A program made the translations under genes and the position numbers. From a virus (lineage: Duplodnaviria; Caudoviricetes), in the IMG/VR virus record IMGVR_UViG_3300042339_000036, positions 1 to 39,604 of that record: a stretch of DNA of 39,604 bases; one strand, given 5' to 3'. How positions within the stretch are numbered: the stretch's first letter is position 1; every line of letters starts with the position of its first letter. The notes beneath the pieces were generated by a model. That model ran no database searches. It was not told the DNA's origin and saw nothing but the letters and a program-made list of their open reading frames with translations. This document shows, piece by piece, positions 15,898 to 25,241 of this stretch.

Positions 15898-18800
15898 TTA
15901 CTGTCTCGACGATTCACTTGCTTTGCCAGTGGCAAGGCCGCGAATGTAGTCGGCAGAAGAGGTTGGTTCAATCTTCCCGCGCTCGACTTCAATGGCATAA
16001 CCAATAGGTCTGCCGAGCACGGTAACGGGGATGCCGGTCACAAGGCTGATCAATGTCAGGATGTCTCGGACATTCTTGCCCGTCACATCCTTGTCAGGAT
16101 CTGCAATGTTGATACCGGCTTTTACTACACCGATGGTCGCACCTTCCAGCGTCGATACAGACGGGCTGGTGGTCATGCGGTCATCGTATGGCTTGTTGTT
16201 GAAGGCGTTGAATGGCACGATTGCCGCAGAGCCAAACGGCACCAGGGCAACAGCACCACGCAATTGTGACCCAAGGAACCAACTCATGAAGACATCGAGG
16301 TAGCCGTCGTCATCATCGTCGTCCCAGCCGCCACCCAGACTGCGCACGATGGCGTCAGCGGCCAGCATTGGCAAGCCAAAGCCGAGCAGGTAGGTCATGA
16401 ACAGCTTGCCCTTGTGGCCACGCCATCCAAGGTCACGGAAGATCTTGATGTACTCGTTGGCGTTCAGGTTGGCCATCATGTTGAAGTAGCCATAGAACTG
16501 AATCAGCGTCTTGTAGAACGGCGATCCGACTTCAAAGGCAGACAAGTCTTCAGGCAACAAGCTAGATTGCGTCATACGCACTGCGGCGTCTGCTCGCTTG
16601 ATTGCCTCATTGCTTGCTGACTTTTCATCAACATTGGCGCCAAGATCTGTGACGGTTTGGTTGTACGCGCCAACCCAGGTCACGATGTCCACAAAGTTTT
16701 GGAAAGCCTGTTGCAAAAAGTAGCCATGCTTGTTGGACCACTTCTGGATCTTGTCAAACTTCGTTGGGTTGATCAGCAGGTCATTCATCATGTCCTGCAC
16801 TTCGATCATCTGATTGCTCATGCGGTCAGCCATGAACGGCGACAACTCAGCAACAAACTCAGCTTGCGCTGTTGGACTCTTCATGTAGTCGACCAGGGCC
16901 GTCTTCATGTACTTGCCTTCAACCTTGAGCAATGCAGGGAAGAAACCAGTCACCTGTTGCAATGCGTTGGTGATGTTGGCAAACATGATGCCGATACCAG
17001 TGCGAGTGCGAACAGCACGCCAGAAGTTGTCGACGCTTCGGTTCATGCCGACCTCGCTCGTGATCTGGCGAGCAGATCGATTGAGCCATGGCAAGATCAT
17101 GTCCTCGATCACAGTCGGATCGATTCGGGTGATCGTGTCTGCAAAGTCACGCTTGCGAATGATCTTGAGTGTGTCGCGGATCGTAGGCTGTACGCGTGCA
17201 AAGCGAATCACATCATCGATGTGCTTGGCCATCACGCGGATGTCCAAAGATAGAGGCTTGTTGTATTCGACGCGAGACTTCGTAAACCCGGCGCCAGTGC
17301 TTGGCATCGAGTTCCGGAAGTCGGACTCGAGTTCCTCCATCTTCATTTGACGCTGTGCGTCGCGAACTATGAACGGGTCAGTCTTCGCCGGAACATAGCC
17401 ACCACGGTATGTGCCAAACGGTGTAACCACAGGTCGCGATTCGACTTCCTTAAAATAGTAGCCGAAAATCTCGCGATGCGCCTCTTGCGCCATAGGCTTG
17501 AGTTCTTCATTTAGATCCCATACAGCTTGCACAAAGTCGAAGTCTGCTTTGGTCAGCACGCCTTCGTCGATCATGCGGTTCATAAAACTATTCCAGCGCG
17601 TCGTGTCGACAGAGCCGTCTTCATTGATCTGCCCCCAGCCACGGCCAGCAATTAATTTCTTCATGTTGCTGTCGTTGCCAATGTGCATCAATGCACCAAG
17701 CACCTCTGCTTTACCGATGCCACCGTTCTCATTGCCGAATGTGTAGTTCAGTTCAGGTGCAGTGATCTTTTGCACTGGCAGGTCCAGCTTGCCGATCATG
17801 TCCACATAGTCTTTGACATAGCGGTTGCGATCGACGCGGTACTGGTCAAGAGCCGCACGCAGTGGGCGCCAGATGTAATTGGTGAATGGACCAGGGCCAC
17901 CAGGGCCGTCTGTTGCGTCAGCCCAGTGCTCGACCTTGCGGGTCAATGCCTTGGCGTTGTACAAAGCGCGGATGGCTTTTTCTTTTGGACCAGGCGCCAT
18001 GCGTTCACCGGCAACCTCTTCAGGCACACCGATCTCGTCAAGTCGCGCATTCAGTTCGGCAATGATCGAATCAAGAGCAACTGCTTTGCCCTCAATCATC
18101 ACTTCGTTTTCACGCTTGGACTGGTACCACAGCGCATCGACAATTTCCTTCATCTGACGGAATTCGTTGAGCGTGAGTTTTTTGTAGTTGCGCGGGCCAC
18201 CAGTTGACTCAAGCAAGATCGGCTCGATGTCTGCGTACAGGTCTGGGTTGTAGGACTTGAGTTGCTCCACAAACTTTGCTGGGTCGACATCACGCGGGCC
18301 AAGGCCGTAGTGGCCAAGGATGTAGCGTGCGGCGTTGACCAGGTCAATGTTGCGGTTCTTGGCCATCTTCGCATCGGCCTTAAAGATCTTGGCAAAGCTA
18401 TCAATAGCCTTGTCAATTTCCTTGCGTGCGTTGACTGCCTCGAGCGACAACTGATTGTTCAGCAATTGATTCTGTTTGGCCTTTGCGGCTTCAGTAGTTT
18501 TGCCAGCCTTTGATGCCTTGATGCTTTCTTTCGATGCGCGGGCTTCTGCCAGCGTGTAGTCACGCGGACGGATCTCGCTGATTACCTTGTTGCCAATGAT
18601 TGATTTGGCCGCAGTCTTTGCGGCTTGAATCATCAAGCGTGCAGGCTGTGTTGCCTTGGCCAGGTAGCGCAACTCGACGGCCACAAAGCGGGCGCGTGCT
18701 TCGTTGTGCAATGCCTTTTGGATTTCCAACTCAATGCTGGCAGGGTCCATTAAGTCAGAGAATTCAGCCATCATGCGTTCATCAGTGCGGCCATCAATCT

Positions 18801-21800
18801 CTTCTTTGATTGGCTTGGCCTCGAGCAATGAGCGGACCAACTGGTCGCCAGAATCAAAGCCAAACATCGATGCCACCAGGTCAGGCGGCAAACCGTCTTC
18901 AGCCAGCATGCCGTACTTGCCATAACCAAGTTTGGTCAGGTCAGGCGCAGGTGTCAGCGACTCTTTGCTTTCTGGGTACAGCGCTTTGACATCGGCGATT
19001 TTGAGTTTGTGGCCAGTCAGCGCTTGTATGTCTTGGCCGTTTTCATCTTTGGTGATGCCGCGCTTCAAGAATTCCATGGCCAGGTAGACGCGGTCCTCTT
19101 GAACCTCTGCGGCCACTTCTTCGCGCACGCCCTTGCGGGTGTCGGCAGTCTTTGCCTGCATCTCTTTGAGTACGCGAGAACGAGCATTGCCCAGCCACTT
19201 CAATTGGCGCAGGCTTGCCTGTGTCAACTCCGTAATTGATGCCTCTGTAGCTTCAGCCATCATTGCCTGGTAAGCGGCCCACTCTTCGTTAGGCATGCCG
19301 GACTCTTCTTGGCTCTGGTACATCGGCACCATGCTGTTGACTGCTTCGGACTGCTTGATCTGCTCTTCGCTGGCCAGCATCCGGTCCATAACCTGGCGGA
19401 CTTCGCCGGTCAGGATTGGCAGGTCTTCGCCGTTTTCTTGGCGATAGATCTGATTGAGTTCGTCGCGAATCGATTTGTAGACGCGGCGCAACCAGGCGCT
19501 AAATCGCTCAAACATCGATTGCATTTGCAGGCTTGGTGCTTTGCCTTCAAACAAATAGATTTCGTAGTTGTATGCCCATGACTCGTGGTACTTGCGTTGC
19601 TCATCAAGAGACAGCGCGTTCCAGGTGGCCAGGTCTTTGATGCCAAACCAATCAAGAATGGTCTGCATGTCTTCTTTGTTTTGCGCGGTCGCGTCTGGCC
19701 GTGCGGCCATGTCAGCGTAAACCGTCAGGAAGAAGTGGGCAGTCTCATGCAGGAAGGTGGACATATCCGCCTTCTCGTTGAGGATTGTGGTCAATCGTTT
19801 CGGATCGAACCCACCGCGTTCTGGTTGACGGAATATTTGAGCCTGCGCCGCTGGCGGGAAAAACTTGGCTATAGCTTCAGCATCGGCATCGTCAAAAGTC
19901 AGCGTGCCAGAGCGCAGGTCAGCGGATGGTGCCGCCGCCTTGATTTGAGCCTCCTGGGCCTCGAATTTACGGATCTCAGGGGTGAGCATCGCGTACTTGC
20001 GTTTGGTGCTTGCAGGCGTCGTATAGGCGCCCTGTGATGGCATTGAGTGCATGCCATGCTGTTCGACTGGCACCTTGGTGTGTGTTGGCCCCAAAAGCAC
20101 AGCAACGCCCTGGTCACCGCCAGCGCCTGGGATGTAGACGCCATCGAACCCGGCATCAATGATTGCGGCCTCTACATCGTTGAACCATTTACCTGCGTCG
20201 TCACGGCCACCGGTTGATGCTTGGGCACGGATGCCCAGCGGGTCAGCCGACGCGTCGTAAAGGTTGTCCAAGTAAATGGCGTGGACATTACCGCCAACGC
20301 CAGCCTCTGGCCTGATGCCATTGCCGGTGTCGACATAGAAGTGAACTCGGTTGGCCAGGCGAGGATCTCCACCTGCCAAGCGGCCAGCTTCAGCGCCTTT
20401 TAAGCCTGTGTCGTAGGCGAATCCGGTAAGACTGCTTCGAGGTTCTTTTGAATAGTGGATACCAAGGACTGAAGTTGCTCCATCCCTGGCTGTCCCGTAT
20501 CGCTGGGTAACATCGAGATCGCTTGCTCGTAGGCGTTGAACGCCGCCTGCTCCGGTTCCTGATTGGGCAAAGACTGCGGGTTTTCCATTATCTTCTCTCC
20601 TTTTTTTGTTGCGCTTTACAGCGCGGTTTTGATCTGCAACAGCGTCGTCATAGGTCTTGGACTTCTTGCCGTCGCTGATCTTGTGCCAACCGTAGTACGA
20701 CTGGTCCAAGGCCATAAAGACAACATTCGGCTCGCCGTTGTTGAAGTCTTTAAATGCTTCCTTGCTCCAGCCTTCTGGCGCCTGGGTGTTATCCCAGGGT
20801 AAACGCGAAGCCGCAACAAATCCATGCGCGGCGTAGAACTCAGGCAGGATCGTCTCAAATGCATCCAGCTTGGTACCACCTGCGGCCACGGCCAACTCCA
20901 TGACAGAGCGGCCAGCGCCAGCCTGCGAGAACACTGAGACGATGTCGCCGTCAGGTTTGACTGCCACACCGGACAGGCCGTCTTCAGCCAAGAACAGGCG
21001 CATGCCTTGGTATTCCTCGACTGGGTAGACGAAGACAGCCGCGCCCATGTCGCCACTGGCTTGCTTGCTGGCCGTGATGGATTCAGAGAATCGTTGTGCA
21101 TTCTGTGCGTTGCCTTGCTCCAACTCGTAGAACTTGGGCACCTTGATACCGTTGTTGCGGTACACGCGGGCCAGGCCTGCGCCTGCTTTCCATTCTTGAG
21201 AGTAGGTGACAAGTTGGCTTTTTAGAACCCGAACTTTTCCGCCATCTCCACTGCTTTTTGCCGTGTAAGACCAGGATTGTTTTTGATCGCCGCTTCGATT
21301 GGATCTTGCAATTCTGGTTGCGACTGCGCCTGCAAAGAGCCGTTTTTCTCTTTGAGTAAAGCCTCCAGCTTCTGCTTGCTCCCCTCCAGCGACCTGCGCT
21401 TGCTCATCTTGTAATCGTGTTCGTCTTGCGCGTTCATCTTTAGACTCCTTCTTCAATGCATTGTTGATCTTGCGATCGGAAACACCCAAGGTACGCGCAA
21501 CACCTGCGGCGGCGTTGGCGTAGTCTGGGGCATCTTCATCACTATACCCGTCTGTTGACTCTTGGTCAACATTATTGTCCTTGGCTGATTCGTAGAGTCT
21601 TTTCTCTGCGTACCAGAGCACGGCTTGCAAATCGGCCATGGTCAGGTCAGCATAGGCTGGATCAGCCTGCAACTCAGCCAGGATCTGGGCAAAGACAGAG
21701 CGGATGTAGGTGCGCTCGTGAGGGCCAGCCGGTGCTTCCTTTTGGCCGTCGTTGTACTTGGCCAGGCTGTTTCCCGCCTTGCGGACTTCCTCGCCGACCT

Positions 21801-24800
21801 TGGACTCGTTCATCTGCTCGCGCAGTTTGGGGTCCATGGAGGCCTTCTGAATGGCATCAGCCAGGCGATTGACCTCGGTGTTGGCAATGTCCAACCCAAT
21901 AACTTTAGACAGGGCTGTAGCCTGTTCTGGGGTTGCGCTACGGATCGCTGAGTTCAGGCGGTTGGTTGCCGTTTCCACATGCTTGGGCAGGCTCTTAATG
22001 AGCGTGCCGGTCCACCGGCCCCAAGTGCGGACCAGCCAGCGGTCCATCGTCAGGGAAGTGAAATCGCCATACAGGTTGGAGAAAAAGCCGTTGCCGATCT
22101 TTGGACCAATGATGGCCGCGCCCTTGACCGTAGTGTCTGCGTGCTCACCGCCTGGCTTGAGGTCTTTGCTGATTGCGCTGATCTCGCCCACGGTGAAGTT
22201 GGTTTGCATGAACTGGCGCAAGTTCTTGATGCCCCAGGCTCCGACCAATTCGTTGAACAGGGCAAGCGAATCATTGATCGCGCCCTGGGCCTGGCCACCT
22301 TTGATGTTGGTGGGCATGACCTTGTTTTCTTTGTAGTAGCTGTACGCCTTCTCAGCCAGTTCAAAGTTCTTGTCGACCTTCAAGCCGTTGGATGTGACGG
22401 CCAGCGCCCAGGTGAATGCAAAGCGTGCGTCTTCGTTGGTTGCAATCTCTGGGTGGACCAGCGCCATGACGGCCAGCGCCTGGCGTGTCTTTTCGTCGTA
22501 CCAGCCGATTGCGTTGGGGTTTTGCTCAAGCGCAAACAATGCGTCCTTGACGCCCACGCGCACCAGGTAGTCAGTAGTCTGTGGAGACGGCACTGACACA
22601 TCGACACCGGCCTCAGTCGCGGCCTGTTGCACTGCGGTCTGGATGGCCAGCTTGAGGTCACGACCTTTGTTCCACACCTGGCTTTTGGCCACCTCGAGCG
22701 CGTTCTTGAGTTCGGCCTGGTCTTCGACAGCCTCGGGGATGTCAGCTTGCGCCTCGATCGCGGCCACATCGTCAGCCTCCGCATCCTCTTCGGAATTGAT
22801 TGCATCAGCGTCGGTCAAGGATTCAGTCTGCAACACTTGTCGACCTTGGCGCAGGATGTCTGCATTCTCACGCGACCAAGTGCCATCGTTAAATGGCGAC
22901 TTGACTGCGGCATTGTCAAACACGACGATCTCGCGTGCATCGGGCGCGACCTCCATGATCACGCCATCGTAGCCCTGGGCTTGCAGTTCAGCAGTAAATG
23001 CATCAGCGGCTTCGCGACCACCAGCACGAATGCGAGTCTTGTCCTCCATGGTGGCCATGTAAGGGTTCTCGAGTCGAGCATACAGCGGCATGACATTCTC
23101 ACCAGCAGTGCCGGTGCGGCGCTTTTGCATGGCATATATTTCGGCCATGTCGGCGCTGTCAGTCAGGTACACACCAGTGCCAAGCCATCCGCTGTCTTTG
23201 CGGTTTGGATTGTCAAGGTCAAACGCGGTCACATTGTCTGCGGTGCCGTGGTAAAGCGTTTGTGGTCTGCCGCTTTCGTCTTGAAAAATAGACGAGCCAA
23301 ACCAGTTGCGGAATGGCACGCTGTCAGTGATCACGCGCTGGTCTTGATTGAACAGCGCCATGCCACCAGGCTGGCCTTCTGCTCGCTCGACGCGGTACAT
23401 GTAGCGGTTGTAGAACTCTGTCGGCATGATCTTGAGTGCCGCTGATTGGGTCACCACAAAGTCACGCACAAGTTGTGCATTGATTCGTGCCGCGTTGTCG
23501 GTGTACTGCTTGGTCGCTTTGACCTGTTGGTACATCAGATTCTCAACCTCACGCGCAGACTTCACAAAGTCCTTGTTGGTCATCTCGACTTTGGCGTTGG
23601 CCTCCATCTGAGTCTTCATGATCTCAGCCTGGTTGTCGATAAACTCGCGTGCCTCGCGGCGTGTCATCATCTCACCTTCAATGCGCAAGTCGTCAATCAG
23701 CGCGGTGCTGAACTCGGTCGGTGCAATGTTGGTTTGGTACTCGGTCACAGGGATGGCAATGTCGCCACCAGTTGCAATGGCTGTGTCAAGTTGCTCGCGC
23801 ACGGATGGCGATACTTCAGCCACACGCTCGGCCAATCCAGATTGCTTGAGCGTTTCGCCGCTGATGTAAACCGTGGTGACATCAGTCTCTTGCGATACTT
23901 GACCGATCCAATCATTAAATGTTTCTGCACTGCGTGCGCGTACTTTGCTGGCGCGGGAAAACTCTTGCACCTTTTCAAATGCTTTGGCACTGCGTTCGGC
24001 AGACTCAGCTTGCAACATGGTGCCGCGATAGTTGCCAGGCACCTCGACCAATGCGGTTGGGATCTCTGCGAATGCCTCGAGCAAAATCTCACCTGGCTTA
24101 AACTCATCGGTCAACGCTTGGGCTGTTGCTTCACCAGCGGCGCCGCCTGCGGCCTGCACAGCGCCTTCACCAACCACACGAGTGCCAACACTCAACACAG
24201 TAGGGCGTGCGCCTTTAAGTAATTTGCCAGCTATGCCAGCAGTCAATGCGTCAAACAATGCAATTGGCACACCGCGCTTAATTCCTTTTTCGCGTGCTTC
24301 ATTCATTATTTTTTCATCAGTAAGCACACGGTAAAGCGCGTCTGATGTGTTTATTTTTTCGGCTTGAGATGTAATAACCTCATCCATCGTAGTTGCATAT
24401 TCGATCAAAAAACTTGTCGTACCTGCGGCAGTAGCCACAGCCAATGGACCCATAGGAATTGAAGCGGCAGTAACTGCTAGGCCTGGTGCGCCGACACCAA
24501 TCGATTCAAAAATAACTTCTTTGACTGCGGCAGGGTTGCGAATGATTGCAGAAAAACCTTCGCTAAAATTTGTAGCTTCGCCAATTTCTTGAAGACCGCG
24601 CTGAATATTTTCAGGGACAGGAAATTTTTCAACACCTCGTTGGTAATTGTCGAGACTAATTTTTTGCTGAATTTTTGGATCGTATGTGATGCCGTTGGCT
24701 TCAGCCGCCGCTCTTTGTTGATTTTGCAATCCCTTAATTATTGGGGTGTCTGCAAGACCTAATGCAAACGCTTTTTTAAATTTTGCGTAGCCACGCTGAA

Positions 24801-25227
24801 GTGGTTCAGTAATCTCGTCTAGGAATGACCGCTCAATCGGTTTGATCGTGCCGTATTCACGCTCGATGCCAGCCAGGTTAGTAGAGTCGTCGTGTGAAAT
24901 CTTGGCGTTGTTTGGATTGCTTAACCACTGGCCAAGCAACGGCGAGCGCTTGAGCGTTTCGTCGAACTCATTGAGTTGCACAGTGCGGTTGACCTGCGCG
25001 TAGTTGCGCTGGACGATGTCGACAGGTACGCCAGACTTGTTTGATAAATTCTTTGCGCGTGCGGCTTCATCCGGATTGGAATCGAGAGCGCCATACAGGC
25101 TGGTGCGCAGTTGCGTGCGCTGGCCATCGATTACATTGGCGGCGGCTTCATCAAGTGTCGGTGCTTTTTTTACACCAGCAACTCGTTGGGCGGCGGCATC
25201 AAATTCATCATCAGGTACTAGCATCAT
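15898..25227 (-). CDS. Giant polyvalent internal virion (ejection) protein: ADP-ribosyltransferase-like, HhH-glycosylase-like, GNAT-like, second ART-like and HExxH metallopeptidase domains
   Basis: T7 gp16-equivalent position; FRNWFG..YHGT..GVYLT..GYDGV..EIVVF (about 22850-23320); GWY..GPKIG..TMDRW..QAVLWY (about 21590-22520); KPDGDIVSVFS..KLDAF..FYAAHGF (about 20640-21100); HYS..HFY..GFDGVY (about 20090-20470); HETAH at 19735-19749. Confidence 0.85.
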   Translation of the reverse strand: MMLVPDDEFDAAAQRVAGVKKAPTLDEAAANVIDGQRTQLRTSLYGALDSNPDEAARAKNLSNKSGVPVDIVQRNYAQVNRTVQLNEFDETLKRSPLLGQWLSNPNNAKISHDDSTNLAGIEREYGTIKPIERSFLDEITEPLQRGYAKFKKAFALGLADTPIIKGLQNQQRAAAEANGITYDPKIQQKISLDNYQRGVEKFPVPENIQRGLQEIGEATNFSEGFSAIIRNPAAVKEVIFESIGVGAPGLAVTAASIPMGPLAVATAAGTTSFLIEYATTMDEVITSQAEKINTSDALYRVLTDEKIMNEAREKGIKRGVPIALFDALTAGIAGKLLKGARPTVLSVGTRVVGEGAVQAAGGAAGEATAQALTDEFKPGEILLEAFAEIPTALVEVPGNYRGTMLQAESAERSAKAFEKVQEFSRASKVRARSAETFNDWIGQVSQETDVTTVYISGETLKQSGLAERVAEVSPSVREQLDTAIATGGDIAIPVTEYQTNIAPTEFSTALIDDLRIEGEMMTRREAREFIDNQAEIMKTQMEANAKVEMTNKDFVKSAREVENLMYQQVKATKQYTDNAARINAQLVRDFVVTQSAALKIMPTEFYNRYMYRVERAEGQPGGMALFNQDQRVITDSVPFRNWFGSSIFQDESGRPQTLYHGTADNVTAFDLDNPNRKDSGWLGTGVYLTDSADMAEIYAMQKRRTGTAGENVMPLYARLENPYMATMEDKTRIRAGGREAADAFTAELQAQGYDGVIMEVAPDAREIVVFDNAAVKSPFNDGTWSRENADILRQGRQVLQTESLTDADAINSEEDAEADDVAAIEAQADIPEAVEDQAELKNALEVAKSQVWNKGRDLKLAIQTAVQQAATEAGVDVSVPSPQTTDYLVRVGVKDALFALEQNPNAIGWYDEKTRQALAVMALVHPEIATNEDARFAFTWALAVTSNGLKVDKNFELAEKAYSYYKENKVMPTNIKGGQAQGAINDSLALFNELVGAWGIKNLRQFMQTNFTVGEISAISKDLKPGGEHADTTVKGAAIIGPKIGNGFFSNLYGDFTSLTMDRWLVRTWGRWTGTLIKSLPKHVETATNRLNSAIRSATPEQATALSKVIGLDIANTEVNRLADAIQKASMDPKLREQMNESKVGEEVRKAGNSLAKYNDGQKEAPAGPHERTYIRSVFAQILAELQADPAYADLTMADLQAVLWYAEKRLYESAKDNNVDQESTDGYSDEDAPDYANAAAGVARTLGVSDRKINNALKKESKDERARRTRLQDEQAQVAGGEQAEAGGFTQREKRLFAGAVATRIARSNRSGDQKQSWSYTAKSSGDGGKVRVLKSQLVTYSQEWKAGAGLARVYRNNGIKVPKFYELEQGNAQNAQRFSESITASKQASGDMGAAVFVYPVEEYQGMRLFLAEDGLSGVAVKPDGDIVSVFSQAGAGRSVMELAVAAGGTKLDAFETILPEFYAAHGFVAASRLPWDNTQAPEGWSKEAFKDFNNGEPNVVFMALDQSYYGWHKISDGKKSKTYDDAVADQNRAVKRNKKRREDNGKPAVFAQSGTGAGGVQRLRASDLDVTQRYGTARDGATSVLGIHYSKEPRSSLTGFAYDTGLKGAEAGRLAGGDPRLANRVHFYVDTGNGIRPEAGVGGNVHAIYLDNLYDASADPLGIRAQASTGGRDDAGKWFNDVEAAIIDAGFDGVYIPGAGGDQGVAVLLGPTHTKVPVEQHGMHSMPSQGAYTTPASTKRKYAMLTPEIRKFEAQEAQIKAAAPSADLRSGTLTFDDADAEAIAKFFPPAAQAQIFRQPERGGFDPKRLTTILNEKADMSTFLHETAHFFLTVYADMAARPDATAQNKEDMQTILDWFGIKDLATWNALSLDEQRKYHESWAYNYEIYLFEGKAPSLQMQSMFERFSAWLRRVYKSIRDELNQIYRQENGEDLPILTGEVRQVMDRMLASEEQIKQSEAVNSMVPMYQSQEESGMPNEEWAAYQAMMAEATEASITELTQASLRQLKWLGNARSRVLKEMQAKTADTRKGVREEVAAEVQEDRVYLAMEFLKRGITKDENGQDIQALTGHKLKIADVKALYPESKESLTPAPDLTKLGYGKYGMLAEDGLPPDLVASMFGFDSGDQLVRSLLEAKPIKEEIDGRTDERMMAEFSDLMDPASIELEIQKALHNEARARFVAVELRYLAKATQPARLMIQAAKTAAKSIIGNKVISEIRPRDYTLAEARASKESIKASKAGKTTEAAKAKQNQLLNNQLSLEAVNARKEIDKAIDSFAKIFKADAKMAKNRNIDLVNAARYILGHYGLGPRDVDPAKFVEQLKSYNPDLYADIEPILLESTGGPRNYKKLTLNEFRQMKEIVDALWYQSKRENEVMIEGKAVALDSIIAELNARLDEIGVPEEVAGERMAPGPKEKAIRALYNAKALTRKVEHWADATDGPGGPGPFTNYIWRPLRAALDQYRVDRNRYVKDYVDMIGKLDLPVQKITAPELNYTFGNENGGIGKAEVLGALMHIGNDSNMKKLIAGRGWGQINEDGSVDTTRWNSFMNRMIDEGVLTKADFDFVQAVWDLNEELKPMAQEAHREIFGYYFKEVESRPVVTPFGTYRGGYVPAKTDPFIVRDAQRQMKMEELESDFRNSMPSTGAGFTKSRVEYNKPLSLDIRVMAKHIDDVIRFARVQPTIRDTLKIIRKRDFADTITRIDPTVIEDMILPWLNRSARQITSEVGMNRSVDNFWRAVRTRTGIGIMFANITNALQQVTGFFPALLKVEGKYMKTALVDYMKSPTAQAEFVAELSPFMADRMSNQMIEVQDMMNDLLINPTKFDKIQKWSNKHGYFLQQAFQNFVDIVTWVGAYNQTVTDLGANVDEKSASNEAIKRADAAVRMTQSSLLPEDLSAFEVGSPFYKTLIQFYGYFNMMANLNANEYIKIFRDLGWRGHKGKLFMTYLLGFGLPMLAADAIVRSLGGGWDDDDDDGYLDVFMSWFLGSQLRGAVALVPFGSAAIVPFNAFNNKPYDDRMTTSPSVSTLEGATIGVVKAGINIADPDKDVTGKNVRDILTLISLVTGIPVTVLGRPIGYAIEVERGKIEPTSSADYIRGLATGKASESSRQ
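20400..20588 (-). CDS. Nested +1-frame small protein B (62 aa) inside the giant gene
   Basis: AAGGAG-agaagata-ATG; helical E/Q/L-rich composition unlike the P/R/S/W-rich shadow ORFs; starts in an inter-domain linker. Confidence 0.55.
   Translation of the reverse strand: MENPQSLPNQEPEQAAFNAYEQAISMLPSDTGQPGMEQLQSLVSTIQKNLEAVLPDSPTTQA
21222..21437 (-). CDS. Nested +1-frame small protein A (71 aa) inside the giant gene
   Basis: AAGGAG-tctaaag-ATG; amphipathic C-terminal DPIEAAIKNNPGLTRQKAVEMAEKFGF; occupies an inter-domain linker. Confidence 0.6.
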   Translation of the reverse strand: MNAQDEHDYKMSKRRSLEGSKQKLEALLKEKNGSLQAQSQPELQDPIEAAIKNNPGLTRQKAVEMAEKFGF

Positions 25228-25241
25228 GTCGTTGTGTCCTA

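Noticed and set aside
20616-22805. Other +1-frame ORFs inside the giant gene (20616-21212, 22050-22364, 22380-22805)
   Set aside because: No clear SD, P/R/S/T/W/C-rich shadow composition, and they overlie motif-bearing domains of the main frame.
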